A stretch of 61,794 nt of DNA from Basidiobolus meristosporus CBS 931.73 (Eukaryota > Fungi > Basidiobolomycota): NCBI GenBank assembly GCA_002104905.1, contig MCFE01000527.1:1-61794 (forward strand), given 5' to 3'. The notes beneath the pieces are model-generated. The model did no database searches and was not told where the DNA came from. It saw only the letters and a list, made by a program, of their open reading frames with translations. The position numbers and the translations under genes are program-made. Position 1 is the stretch's first letter. The number at the start of each line of letters is the position of its first letter. Positions 26,387 through 38,999 of the stretch are shown here, piece by piece.

Positions 26387-27459
26387 TTACTCCCAGAGGT
26401 AAGCCAATCCGATCATCAGGAGCGCTGGAGGGTAGATGGGTGCGGTGTGCGCGGCCGCGTTCTTGCCTGCGATCGTTGCAGGCTTTTGGGGTGGAGACTG
26501 GGTAACGATTGGGTCCAGTGAAACCATGGTGGGCTTTATCGCTGTGGTGAGGGTAGCGGTTGTGTTGGCTTTGGAGGGCGGTTGGGCTACGGCGGTGGAG
26601 TTGTTGTTGTTGGGAGCATCCCGATACATGGGCAACACATTTCCTAGACAATCCGCAACTGTCTCAAAGTGGAAACCCTTGCTGACAATCAGATCAATGA
26701 TCTGCGGCACCCGTTCCACACTGAAATCTTCGGTATCATGTTGCAGGGAGATGAAGCTTTGGGTCAGCGAGTCCGACGGGGTGATTTTGACGGCCATGTT
26801 TTCGAGTAGCCGGTCGTAGTTCTCGCTGTTCCCGTGATACTGCCAGTCTGAATGAGAATTCGGTTAACCCGGTTGCCGACTCTGAGTGCAGGGTGCACGA
26901 CTTACCGTTCGAGTCGACATTCCAGTTGATGATGAGATAGCCCATCTCCTGCACGGTGTCGCGAGTCTTTTCGTTGCATTCGCCGTAGGGGGGCCTCATG
27001 TAATTCGGAGTTACGCCAATGGCCTCCTTGACAGAATCTGCGTTCTGGGTCAGTTCACCTTGAATCTTGTCCGCAGTCAGGGTGTTTAAATGAGGATGGG
27101 TGTCAGTATGTAGTGCGATCTGATGTCCCTCGGAATAGGCCCTTTTCAGGTGGGCTGCCAGAGCTGGGTTTCGAACGTGGGTCCCAAGAACGAAGAACGT
27201 GGCTTGGATCTTGCGTTCCTTCAAAATATCGAGAAGCTGAGGGGTGAATGGGCTTGGCCCTAGAAAAATAGAAGCAACAGTTAACACACGATATCCAAGG
27301 CCCCCGATTCGTAAGACGACCCAACCGACCATCGTCAAAGGTTAGCGCAAATGCACCGGGCTTGACGCATCGAAGAACAATCCCTCCGCCAGTATCCTGG
27401 CCATGGGTGGCAGCTGTGAAAACTGTCATCAGGAGCGCTAATTTGATCGGAGCCAGCAT
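26387..27459 (-). CDS. Chitin/polysaccharide deacetylase paralog 2 (CE4), secreted, probable GPI anchor; complement(join(26387..26847,26906..27259,27330..27459)), 314 aa
   Basis: Signal peptide; TFDDG|P (70-bp intron); LHTDTH; RPPYG; DSN|DW (58-bp intron); LQHD; Thr/Pro stalk; hydrophobic tail. Confidence 0.95.
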
Positions 27460-29184
27460 TGAGAATTGGGGATGGAAGGCGATGGGTTTCTAAAGAGGGT
27501 CTTGGTGGAGAACAGATATACCGGAGAAAAGGCGTGCCGAGCTGAGAATATCAACCGAATAGCTGGAATACGAGGTTCAATATAGAAAAACCCTTGCGAC
27601 GAACGTATTTTAAAGAGCAGCCATTTGTTGATCACAAGGCAACACTCATGTTTTCCGAGGTGTAGTCAAGCACCAGAACATATGTAATCCTAACAAATGG
27701 AGAGTATTCTACATCGGAATAACTGAGAGTTCACCCTGCTGCATGAACCTTCTCATGTTGATCCCTGGCCAAATTTGTGCAATGAAGAAGGCAATTGCGT
27801 TGCATCTGTGCAGACGACGATCTGATCCTGATTCAACCGAGCAGAGACTGAGCTTCACAAGTTGGCCGTGGTATCGTGCGGACTACAGTGGGCGGCGATG
27901 AGATAAAACTGCTCATAACAATGCTCATGTATGTAGCATATGTTTCGAAGCATTCAACTATCTGGCATCTGTGGAAACCATGGTGAGGTTCCAGATTGAA
28001 AATTCATATTCATATGGCACAGTCACCCAACCACGATGTGAGGGATATGTTGTCTCGTGCAATACGGGTTGAATTGACCAGTGTACGCCAGCACACTTAT
28101 GACCAGAGAACTGGTAGCATTTATTTGTTCGATTCAAGACGCATTGCAACAAACGATGCTCCAACTTAGCCCGCCGACGATCGATCTGCGCAGCCTCTTG
28201 ATCAGTTCTATGGTACGCGCCATTACCGCTCCGGGAGGTGTGGCCTCTTTGCCATTCAGCTGCATACGGGATGATGGGTGTTGCCATGCGTTCTGCGCAC
28301 CCATCCACAACATGAAACCTCATCCAGAAGGGTTGATCAGTGCTTCGTCTTGGCAGAGAAAGTGTCACCTGGAGCAAGGTTCTGAATGGAGTGCATTAGG
28401 ATCTTGAACTCTGTTTGCTAAAGCGTTGCGCCATCACAATATACATCCATACTACGAATGGATCCGCTAATCTCTCAATATGGATTCAATGTCGTTCTCC
28501 CAACCATTCAGCTTAGTCATCATCAATCCCTATGCTCCCCTCGATCTGCCTCCTTTGAGCTCCAAACACTGGTGCCCCTCTGAAAGATACACTGACGCAA
28601 AGTTGGAGATTCACTGCAGTATCTGATCATCTATTCAGCCGTTCCTAACGCTCCATAATGGCGCACAAGTGGACCGCGTAACCTTTTTCCATCGCTACCT
28701 ATAAAGACCACTGCCTAGTCTAACCTGCAACCGCCCATTGATTAAGCACTTGGAATGAGTGATAGAAGAGTTTGGAGAGGTGCGCATCCTACACACTTGG
28801 CTTAGATGCTCCCTACTATCCCGGTCTCCTGCAATACAAGTTGATAGAGCAAGCCTGTAAGTAGTGGATGTATCCTTATCAGCAACTCACTTGGTGCCCA
28901 GACCGTTAGGATGATAGGTTCGCTCAGGAATATGGTCACCTATGTGTTCAATGAGCGTTAGAAGTTCCAACTCCAGTCAATCATATGCCACTGTTCTCAT
29001 TGGTGTCGGTGTTGCAGGACATCTTGACAGGAGTGCCTAGCACCTGTAGAGATACCCATATCATTTATTGCACACAATCAGACTTCTGTTGCCACTGCAG
29101 GTGATTCTCCCTCTAATATACTTGATAGGTGTGCACCTCCTGACTAGTGATCCTTTTTTGATCAGTGGTAACACATTTCTCTAG

Positions 29185-29224
29185 CCCGCTTCCCGCTTCC
29201 CACTTCCCACTTCCCACTTCCCAC
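29185..29224. repeat. 7-bp microsatellite (CCCRCTT)x~5.7
   Basis: cccgctt x2, cccactt x3, then cccac. Confidence 0.9.
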
Positions 29225-29699
29225 ATCAATGGTGCGATGGCTAGAAATGAGGATTGTTCGGGATTTCCACCAAATTCTTAGAGATGTGCGGCACTCCCTT
29301 AGTATACATATGTCCACCATTGGTATCAGGATGTCATGGTGCATTCTAAATCTACTGGATTTGGATGAGATAGCATGTGGTCAATGCCCCCGGGTCGAAA
29401 GAACGGCGGTTCTGGGTGCCCCATTTCTAGTGTCGAGTCCCCGCCATATGCAGGCATCTCAACATCCTCATGGCACTGTCCCATTAGTCTGATTGATTGT
29501 TGTGCTCGCACTACTCAACATATCATGCTGTTCTGCACGCGTAAAGTGGTCATCAGCATCCGGTGGAAACCGGAATGGATGGGGTGATCTTGCCACATGC
29601 CATCCCCTCCAAGCCACAACTGTTCATACGCTAAACCCCTAACCTTATGTGGAAGGTGACTCTTACCATACTAGATCACGGCTCCAATACCACTATGAG

Positions 29700-32600
29700 T
29701 ACTGCCCATTTCCAAGCAAATGTTGAGTCATATAGGATGGAAAACCATGTGCCTCCTCTGATAGTAGCTCTGTCAGCCCGAATTACTGCAGGAGAGTGAT
29801 TTGCCCACTGGTAGAGCTCTTGATAGCTAAGCTTTGCTAAGTTATTTACAAAAGCAGAATATACTTGTTTGCCAGGTGATTTTGCTGGGGCATGATATGG
29901 GGTTTTATGAGTTAACTAAGCTCCATACTCTGCTGCTAGTACTTGGGTTTCCTGAGATCCACATTCTCTATAATATGCAATATGTGTGCCCACTTAACCA
30001 TATCCAAGGTATTTATCCACTTTAAGAAATCTCAATACTGCTTTGGCATTGAATTGCTTCAGCATTCTTGCCTCTATCCAGCCAGTGAAACTCTCCTAAC
30101 AATTCACTGCATGCATAGAGCTTGCAGTTGCCCTTAACAGATGCACTGTATCTAAATGTGCAGTTTACCTAGCACAAGATGTGAATATACTATACAGTGG
30201 CTTATTTACCCATTGTTTGTCTCTATTCTGACAAGGAATACAGGATTTAGCATATACACTTGGACAGGTATATAGCATTGGTCAGCATCATCTCAAGGAG
30301 ATTTTTGCATATGATCCTGTAATATCACTGTGATCTCCAAGTTCAGATTCATGCTACCCTTTACTGATTGTTAGTTGATCCTACTTGTTATGCCTATGCA
30401 ATTGCCTTGACTTCAAAGTTGCATTTTCTAATTTGTGTGGTGGTGCAGTATATTGTCAGAGCTCTGGAGATATTGGAAGATATTTGGGGAAGATGTAGAT
30501 TACACAGTTTTCAGATAAGTCTGTACAAGGAGTTTGGTCCAAGTTCTCTAAGATTTGCAGGTGATGATCCAAGTAGCTAAGTTCAGTGAATATATAGGTG
30601 CAATTACAAACTTTTACAACACAGTGCCAGTTTCAGGCCTTGCTTCTTAAAATTTGTACATTACTTTGTGGAAAATGCGCAGGAACCCTGAGTGATATAA
30701 GAGACTACTTGATTTGCTGATAATTGCTTCCTATTATGTAGCTAGATATTAATATTAGACTAGTACTTAAAGAAGCTCATAAAACATATGGTCATCCATT
30801 GAATGAGATGGGTTTGGTTGAATGCAGGATAAGGCACTAGCTTCTTTGTGAATATAATGTAACCCTGATCCTTCTTTCTTTCCTGAAAAGTAATCAATCT
30901 CATCAGCATTGCAATTTTGTTCTTCATGTCATTCAAATTCCTGATTCTTCCACAGTTGCTTACTTGAGAGCTCTGCAATTTAGCCATGTTTCTTGATTAG
31001 ACCATGGAATAGGCAAGTGAGTCCCAGCAGCTGTTTAACTTACTGCATGTGGCTTCATGTGTTTCAATCCAATAAAAATCAATGTTTTGCAGAATCAGAT
31101 AATCATCTTTGATTACATTCAAAAAAAAAATGAGATTGTTTTACTGCAATCAAAATAGCACCTAAGCTCCAGACATAGTCAGATCAGAAGCTTGGGATTT
31201 TGTACAAAGTACACAACTTTAAACATATAGCATACTCATATTTTCTTACTTGAGGCAAGCATATGCTTGTGCTTATTGCCAGATTCATTAATGATTGCAA
31301 TATTATCAAGTAATAGCTACACATATTGATATACAGTCTGCCAAAACCCAAACCATTGGTTACAGGTAGGCTTAATATGAGCCAACCCATCTTTAGGGAA
31401 ATCTGGTCTTTAAGACAAGTCCTATTTCTATACTAATGTGGGTAAAGCCCCAAAGTTGAGATTTATTAGGTCCAGTGAAATCATCAACAAAAGTCCCATA
31501 TAGTAATCCAAGGATATATATTGCATACCTCAATATCTTCACAAGATATTGACAGCAGTACAACATCTTTTGTTGCAATACTTACTGATGTTGAATGTCT
31601 AGGATAGACTGCAGACTTCCAATTTTGGTTGACTGCTTGAATAATTCAGAATTGCACCTAAGAATACACCTAACTTAGTCTCATAGACCATTATCTAAAA
31701 ATCTCAGAGAATGCATACCAAGTTTCTTGTTTAGATTCACTTGGATTATTTTTGCCCCAACATAAGGGGTCTCAGCCATAAAAATTTTCCAAGTTGTCCA
31801 AAAGCCCTAGACTCTGTACACATGCTTTTGGGACCTTTCCCAACATATTTGGTGCATTTGTTTTGCTAAGACCATGTCAAATATAGATACCACCCTACAT
31901 GCAATGAATCATTAAGTGATAACTGTTGCAAGAGACTTGGAGACATTGGAAGTGATTGCGAGAACATGTAGATTATCTTGTGTTCACTAGATGATTCATT
32001 GAATGTAAAAATAGTATTTATACTTTTACATAGTCTTGGGATAGCAAACACATAGAATAGGCTTAGGAAGGTCCCAAGAGCATGTGTTCAGTGTTTGGGG
32101 CAGTTTAGACAGCTTTGAGAGTTTTCATGCTGTTGATACATGATAGTTAGGTGAAAATGCTTGAAGTAAATCCTGACAAGGAATTTGGTGAGTATTCTCT
32201 ATGATTTGTAGGTAATGATCTCAGTGACTAAGTTAGGTGAGTCACCAGCTGGAATTATAAGTTTTTACAACAAAAATACTACAATATACCTGTACTGCCA
32301 GTCACTTCCAATATCTTCAAAGTCTTAAAGCAGGTGATGAGCCCCAGACTATCATTCTCTGCAATATTCTCTACTGCAATTGCCAGAGTTTTCCTTTGGT
32401 TAAGAGATACAATAGCTCCAGCTACTGATTCCAGAAGGTGAAGATGAAGATGTAGTAATTGGAAACAATAAAGTGCCTTGAACTGATTTTTCCTTGATGT
32501 TAAAAGCAGATTGATAGCTAAATGCTCAGGAAACATACTAAAAAAGAAAGCCTTGAAGACATTAGAAGACACCTACTACTCATGCTAAGCTGCTAAGAAA

Positions 32601-33250
32601 ATATATCTTAGACAAAAATTCATTACTATGTGGTGGTCTTCAGGAGAAAATATGAAACTCAATTACACAGAGTTGACCAGCTGTTTGATAACATGTAATC
32701 TGGAGGCTTACAAACTGCTGATGAAGATGTGAAAGTAACCCTCCTGAATAGCCTAAAGACAGGCTTCAGGGCCTTGTAGCTGATTAAGAGTCTAGAACTG
32801 AAGAGTTGACTTTTAACCATACATGCAGAAGGCTCCTATGTGAGGACTTCAGAAATCAAGTACCAATCAGAAGGAAGAAGAAAATGTATTAATACGTGAC
32901 AATAGCCACCAAAGAAGGTACTAAAGACCTTTCAAGGCAACAGAAATCTTTCTAGCAGCTACTGCAAAACATATGGACCTATATCTTACCAGTGCTTCAA
33001 GAGGAGATATAATAATTAAAAGAAAGCCAAATACAGAAATGCTGCAGCAACTGAAGATAGAATAATTGTATTTGTACTATGTATAGCTGCATGTAAGAAC
33101 TCTATGATGCAGTATACTGACTCTGAAGCATCTCAACACTTTGCACACCAAAAAGAACTTTTCCCTCAGTTTCAGGATGTTTAAATTGTGACTGTGACTA
33201 TGCAAGACAACACCCTATGAAAGATAATTTGGTCCCACAGATGGATCTTA
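29700..33250. mobile_element. Degenerate copia family A fragments and LTR-like units
   Basis: LTR-like units at 30400-30600 and 31900-32250, with an inverted piece at ~31660-31860. Plus-strand gag, zinc knuckle and YTDSEASQH protease relic at 32560-33200; possible RT/RNaseH relic at ~31150-31580. CpG-depleted. Confidence 0.65.
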
Positions 33251-33559
33251 TCCAGATCAACCATCAGGATCCTGCAACAAGCTGCCATAATGCCAGCAGC
33301 TTAGAATTACTCACCCTCTACACAAACCTATGGCAGAATTTTGACCACATTTTGCTGGTTTTACTGTCAACATACTAGCCAACTTGACAGTGTTAGAAGG
33401 GTCTTTTGACAAGACTGCATAGCACCTTGATGGTTGTAATGCAGTCTCCAATAATTAGAGCAGGCTCAACTGGCCAAGCAACCCAGTGGCCTTGTTTTGC
33501 AGCAGTCTTAGAGTGTTTTGTTGCAGACCTAACCTCAGCTTCATGGTATTTCAGTATGA

Positions 33560-36500
33560 TACTTGCAAAGTTACCAGATTCCTAATATTGCTGATTACAT
33601 ATACATCTTGCAAATATATGCTTAGTTGCTGCCACTTTTGTAAGGAATACTGCTAGAATATTTGCAAAATACTTTTGGTACTTGGACAATATATTCCTTC
33701 TCCCTGCTGGATTCAAGTCTGCCTTTTAGGTGCTGCTATATTCAAGAGAAAAGTGTAATAAAACTCCTGAATGATTTAACTGAATCTAGGGGACAACTAA
33801 ATGCAGAATCTTAGAATTGTCAGAGAGTGGCAGAAATATTAGCAGAGAGATTCTGGTCTAATATTGGTCTTGTATATATCTGGAAATGGCTATAAAGCCA
33901 ACAGAGTTGGTTTGCTGTTCAGGCTAGGCTTGGTGTTCTTGAGAGTGCTAGATATACTAGGCTTGGGTAGAAATCAGAATGCAATTGTTGAATTCACACT
34001 TTTTGCCAAGACACAATCTTGATTTTGTTGAGACACACACTAAATCAAAAGGTTCAGTAAGGTGTATTTATACTTTTCTGATCAAGTTGAGTTAGAAAGT
34101 GCCAAGAGACTGGATTAATTGAAATCAGTTTAGGTGCTGATAAACACATATGATAAATGAAAATTGCATCATCAACCAGCTGATATCTTGGCAACTGCTA
34201 AATGGTTGGATAGGTCACAGATGACTGATCACCTGGAGAGGCTTAGCAGATCAGGTTTAAGACATAATGACCACATAAAATTGATTAGGTGTGGCAGCTC
34301 AAAATAGATTCTGAGAGGTAATAAAATAAATAATAGCTGAGATTAGTGATGTTTAGGTCAGGAAAAATCAGTTAGGGTACTTGATTTTGTAATTTAGTAA
34401 ATAGACTAATTTTTCAAAAGTTGATGCACAACAGGTGTGCTCTAGTACCTATTTGTGTAAATTCCATATCAAAGGGTGTCAAATTTGGCATGTAACCAGG
34501 AGAAACCTGACATACTTTGGTAAAGTTGTCCTAGTAAAAATCAGCTGCTTGTTGCATCCAGCTCAACCCTGCATTACTTGAGTCAATACCCAAGCATTGA
34601 CACTGCTTAGCATCCTAATGCCAAGGGCATAGGTATCTCCATGTACACATCCATGCTCAATATTATCCAACACTTCTCTGCTGTCATCCATGTGCCAACT
34701 CATCACATCTGTGACAGACTTGAAGGTGATACTCTTGATGAGATTGGGATATGGTAATACTAGGAACTGGACTCATCTCCCTTTCCCCCCACACATCCAC
34801 TATATTGCAAATGCCCAACAGGCAAAGTAAGGCACCATATTCCCTACACACCAAGCACAAATGGAGAAGGGCATTGATGCAGCAGGGGCAGAGTCCTACA
34901 TATCCAGCTTTATGTTTGTAGCACAGCTTTACTCCAGCAGATACCCTCTATCATTAGAAATTTGGGTTTTTGATTAATTTCATATTCTGGCCAATAGCTT
35001 GTAACTGGCCAGCTTTGCTGCAGTTGCATGCTGCCTTCTGTACATTTCCTCTGTAGAAACATGATGTTCTTAGCATTTGAGCTTTGAGAATAATAATGTA
35101 TATGAGCTGTAAAGTATAAACCCTGGATTTCACACATTTGACAGCAATACCATTCGTTGTGCCCAGAAAAGCAGGCTATGTTGCTGATGGCTGCAGCATC
35201 TCCAATGCAGATAAAAATATATGCTTTCACAGAACAGCCATTGACTAGTATCCCACAGGATAGCATGCAAAGTCCATCCAGCAGTGAATAAAGGTAGCTA
35301 TACAGGCTGGACAGTAATTTAGACCTGGATTGCAATGAGGCTGCCATCAAATATTTGCTCCAATACTGTAAGATTGGTGGCTCATGTAGATAGATGAGAT
35401 TTGCTGGCCATTGGGATTTTCTAGAGTAGTACTTGCTTGATGAGAATCTGTCAAGTACCAAGATCAACACATAGTGATTCATAATTGGAGGTAGCTCCTG
35501 CTTCTCAACTATTTCAAATGTTTGTCATCAGAGATATTGAGTAAATTTGTGCTAGATTGATATTGGGCATGGTACTCTATAGCTTTACAATGACCATTAG
35601 ACTGCATGAACTTCTTTAGACTGGGTATTACTGGAATATATTTAAGGTGTTGACAGTGTCTTCCTCCTGAGATGGTGGATTTTGGACAAATTGGACACCC
35701 TGCAATGGTGGCCTTTTCTGATATGAAAGCCAGGCAACTATTAGCACATACTGTTATTAGGATAGTATCTGTGTCATATCTTGCCTGCTGCATGATGGTT
35801 TTCCATTTGTACTACATACATGGTAAGTTGCATCTCTGCATGATTTTAGCAAGAAGCAATAGTAAATTTGCAAAGCCCCCAATGAAATATAACTGTAATA
35901 ATCCCTTTAAAAGGCAATCTCAGAGTTATAATCATGCAACTAAGAGGTATTGCTCCAGTCAGGACACTATGCAAGGACTGGTAAAAAATTGAACCCCAGA
36001 TTTCACAAAAAACTTACTCAAAACTCTTCATCACAATGATATAAAAGTAGCTTTTAATTGGTTCTCTGCCAATTATCTCACTTTCTGATACTAGACACTC
36101 TATCACCTCCAATGTTTGTGTACACTAATTGGCTATTACCTCTTTTTCAAACTCCTTACTTCCTAACTCAACCAATGATCTCACTTTTCTTGCATGCCAA
36201 TTGGTTTATTTCTGTTGATGCTTCAGTTGTACCTGAATTGCAAATTGTACTGACATAAGCAGGTCCCTATACCCTAGACTTACATGAAGCCCAGCCCCAC
36301 ATTCAAAAAGCAACTCCATAAAAATCCACCATTCAACAAGTATTTCTGCTGTAGTGCTCCTTTTCCATGACTCTGGTGGGAGCCCTATGGCTTTATGCCA
36401 CTGCTCATTCACTGGTTCCCATGTGTACTGGTCTTCAGCTGGCACTACAAGGTCTTGCACTTCATCTGCCAGTCCTTGAGATAAATACTTGCAATATTCA

Positions 36501-38090
36501 AGTGTATTTTCTTGAGCACTGCTCTTGAAGAAGGGCTGCAACATCTTGATCTGCCTATCAATGTTACAAAACTCCATTATAGGCATTGTGGTAGTTTTTG
36601 AGCTTCAGGCATTGTTGCTTTCTCTGTCAATGGGATGTCTGCTCTGTATACCATGGAGGATTTGGAGGCTGTAATAGACAAGTTGCCTTCTGCTGCAAAC
36701 TCATCTATGTCACTAAGGTGTAGCTCTACAGGCTGCACTCACAACACTCATGGAAACAGCAGCTTTATTGTTGGTAATTCTTCTTGGCTATTATGGGATT
36801 CAGCTTGTTCTAGGCTGACAGTGCTAATTGGCAACAACTGCAGCTTTTTTCTTGCATTTCCTTATCTCTAGCTTGGATAGACTTTTTGTTTGTACCCTGA
36901 TATTTGTTACTGTCAAGTTGTCCCCTACCACTGTGACTGAGTGCTTGTTGTATTTTACTACATTTTCTCCTTGATAGATGCTGTACTGGTACATCTGTAT
37001 AGGCCCCCTTGTCCCTTACCAGCACTCTCCTGGTAATCTGAGGTCTCTTTGCCATTTGTTCTGAGCTTTCAGCTTTGCTTGTGAAGGCCTCCTGAGACAG
37101 CCACAAGCTTTTACCACTGCCAGGTCCTTCTCTACTACTTTGATTGTGTGCCTCTTGTATTAAAATCTATTTTACCTTAATAAAGTTTGTACTAATGCAT
37201 CTGTTTCTGCCTTTTTGTCCCTTACCAGCACTCTTCTGGCAGCCCAATGTTGCTATGCCACTTGTTTGGAACTTTCACCCCTACTTGAGACAGACCCTTG
37301 CAGAAGCTGCAGGTATTAAGATATGGCACCCTTATTCTTCTGACTTTGATAGCTTCAGCTACTCTTGAGATACTTTCTTCACATTCCAATGCTGGTCAAA
37401 AGCTCACTTATGTGCTTGAATCCAGAATAATGCTTGTGGAACAAATCCAGTGCATTCTGCTTGGCCTTGCATTTCTGATGGTCCCATGGTATGCCAGCCT
37501 TGAGGTAATGCCATTCTGGATTACTAACAGCCTCTTAAAATATTAGCCCATTTGTCATCATTGGACTCAAATAGATCTTCAATATATTTTGGTTTTTAGG
37601 CTTTGGTATAAACACTATGGTTTCTCCCTTCCATGCTGTGATAGGTTTTCTGTAGGCTTTATCTTTTGGCATTGTGGTAATGCTTCAAGAACTGAGGAGT
37701 GTTCCTCTGCTGATACATTGGGGAATGGCTCCATTCTTAGCTGCAACTTTGAGCTACTTCTGCTCCTCCTTTGCAGCCTAGACACTGCATTCTCTACCTG
37801 GGATATTGATTGCTTGATGCATATTGTATGCACTTCCTGTCTCCAGACTACTTCCTGATTTCTTGCACCATTGAATCTATCCTATTGGCCATTGCACCTA
37901 ATTGCCTCATTTAAACTCTGGTATGAGCTGACAACATACTTGCTAATGCTGGTGGCAGTGGTGTAGTGATTGTCATTTGCTAGTCTTCTACTGGAGGTAC
38001 TGCATTTGCAACATTCTCATCTGTCTGAGCATCTTGATCAGTTAGTGGCCCAGCAGGGAGTCTCAGTAGCCTACTAACTGCAAGCCTGAG
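33560..38090 (-). mobile_element. Degenerate CACTA/En-Spm transposon, copy A
   Basis: Tnp2 (Transposase_21)-like translation: VCANSCLAF..CPIC..YIPVIPSL (35509-35793) and QWPANLIYLHEPP..GDAAAISNIACFSGHNEWYCCQMCEIQG (34910-35482). DUF4218-like region at ~34600-34900; upstream ORF relic at 36050-36600. Confidence 0.8.
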
Positions 38091-38099
38091 GAGTCCACA

Positions 38100-38830
38100 T
38101 TATGAGCTCCAGTGGGCACACTGTCACAATGGCCTTTTTAAAATGTAGCCCTGCTTATTGCACTCAATGCCAGAGCAAGGTGTTGTTCAAATATTCTTCT
38201 ATTGCTGTCTGCAGTGCAGCTTGGTTAGGAACCAGACAACATTGTATTATTTTTTGGCAGCATATATATGAAGGTGGGTCAAACCAAATAAGAAATGGTG
38301 TTGCATATATATATGTATGTGGAGCCACAACTTTATTTATAATGTTTATTATGGCAGGTTGCTGTTGAATCTTACATTCATTTATGTGCAATATCTCAAA
38401 TACAAGACTGTCTTAAAATCATATTAGTATTGACAAAAAAGTGATATAACAGCATTACAATGATGAGTGTCATGATATTTGCCCCATGGACAAGACTACT
38501 TTGATTCAGGGCCATAAGAGAAGGGAAAATATCCATGTGGCTATTGTAACAAGTCTCTCAGGTGTGAAGAGAACAGACAGTACAGTAATTATCACAATGG
38601 TCATGGAGAGTGCTTTGCCATCCAAGTCATATTTCAGCATTTTCAGTTGCTACTGTACTAGCAATACCTTGCTAGCCCATCAACACTTCCATAGTAGCAT
38701 CCAGCTCTACCAGTCAGCTTGTGCAACCAATCTGGGTGAGTATGTGATGCCTTTTGGCTCACCTCAGCCTTGTGCATATGGCCTGCAGAGTGATAGAGCT
38801 AAAATAGAAGGCTCACTAATGAACTGTAAG
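38100..38830 (+). repeat. ~750-bp repeated module with Cys/His-rich coding relic (copy 1 of 4)
   Basis: Homologous to the reverse complement of 42980-43750, 49330-50080 and 50090-50820; encodes YPCGYCNKSL..NRQYSNYHNGHGECF. Confidence 0.75.
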
Positions 38831-38999
38831 CCTATCTCTGCACATAACAGTATCCTGCAAAAGCATGATAAGATCCCAACATGCTATGAGAGCACTTGTA
38901 GAAAAAATGCCAAGGATGATATAGCAAGCCAAGTGAGCCCAGTAATCTATCTACTGGCAAATGCTATGATATTGTAGCTAGAGAGGTGGCATATTTCCA

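Noticed and set aside
27700-28400. Possible Dal5-type MFS relic (QIDRR..VLNRTN)
   Set aside because: Too few matching residues to distinguish from chance.
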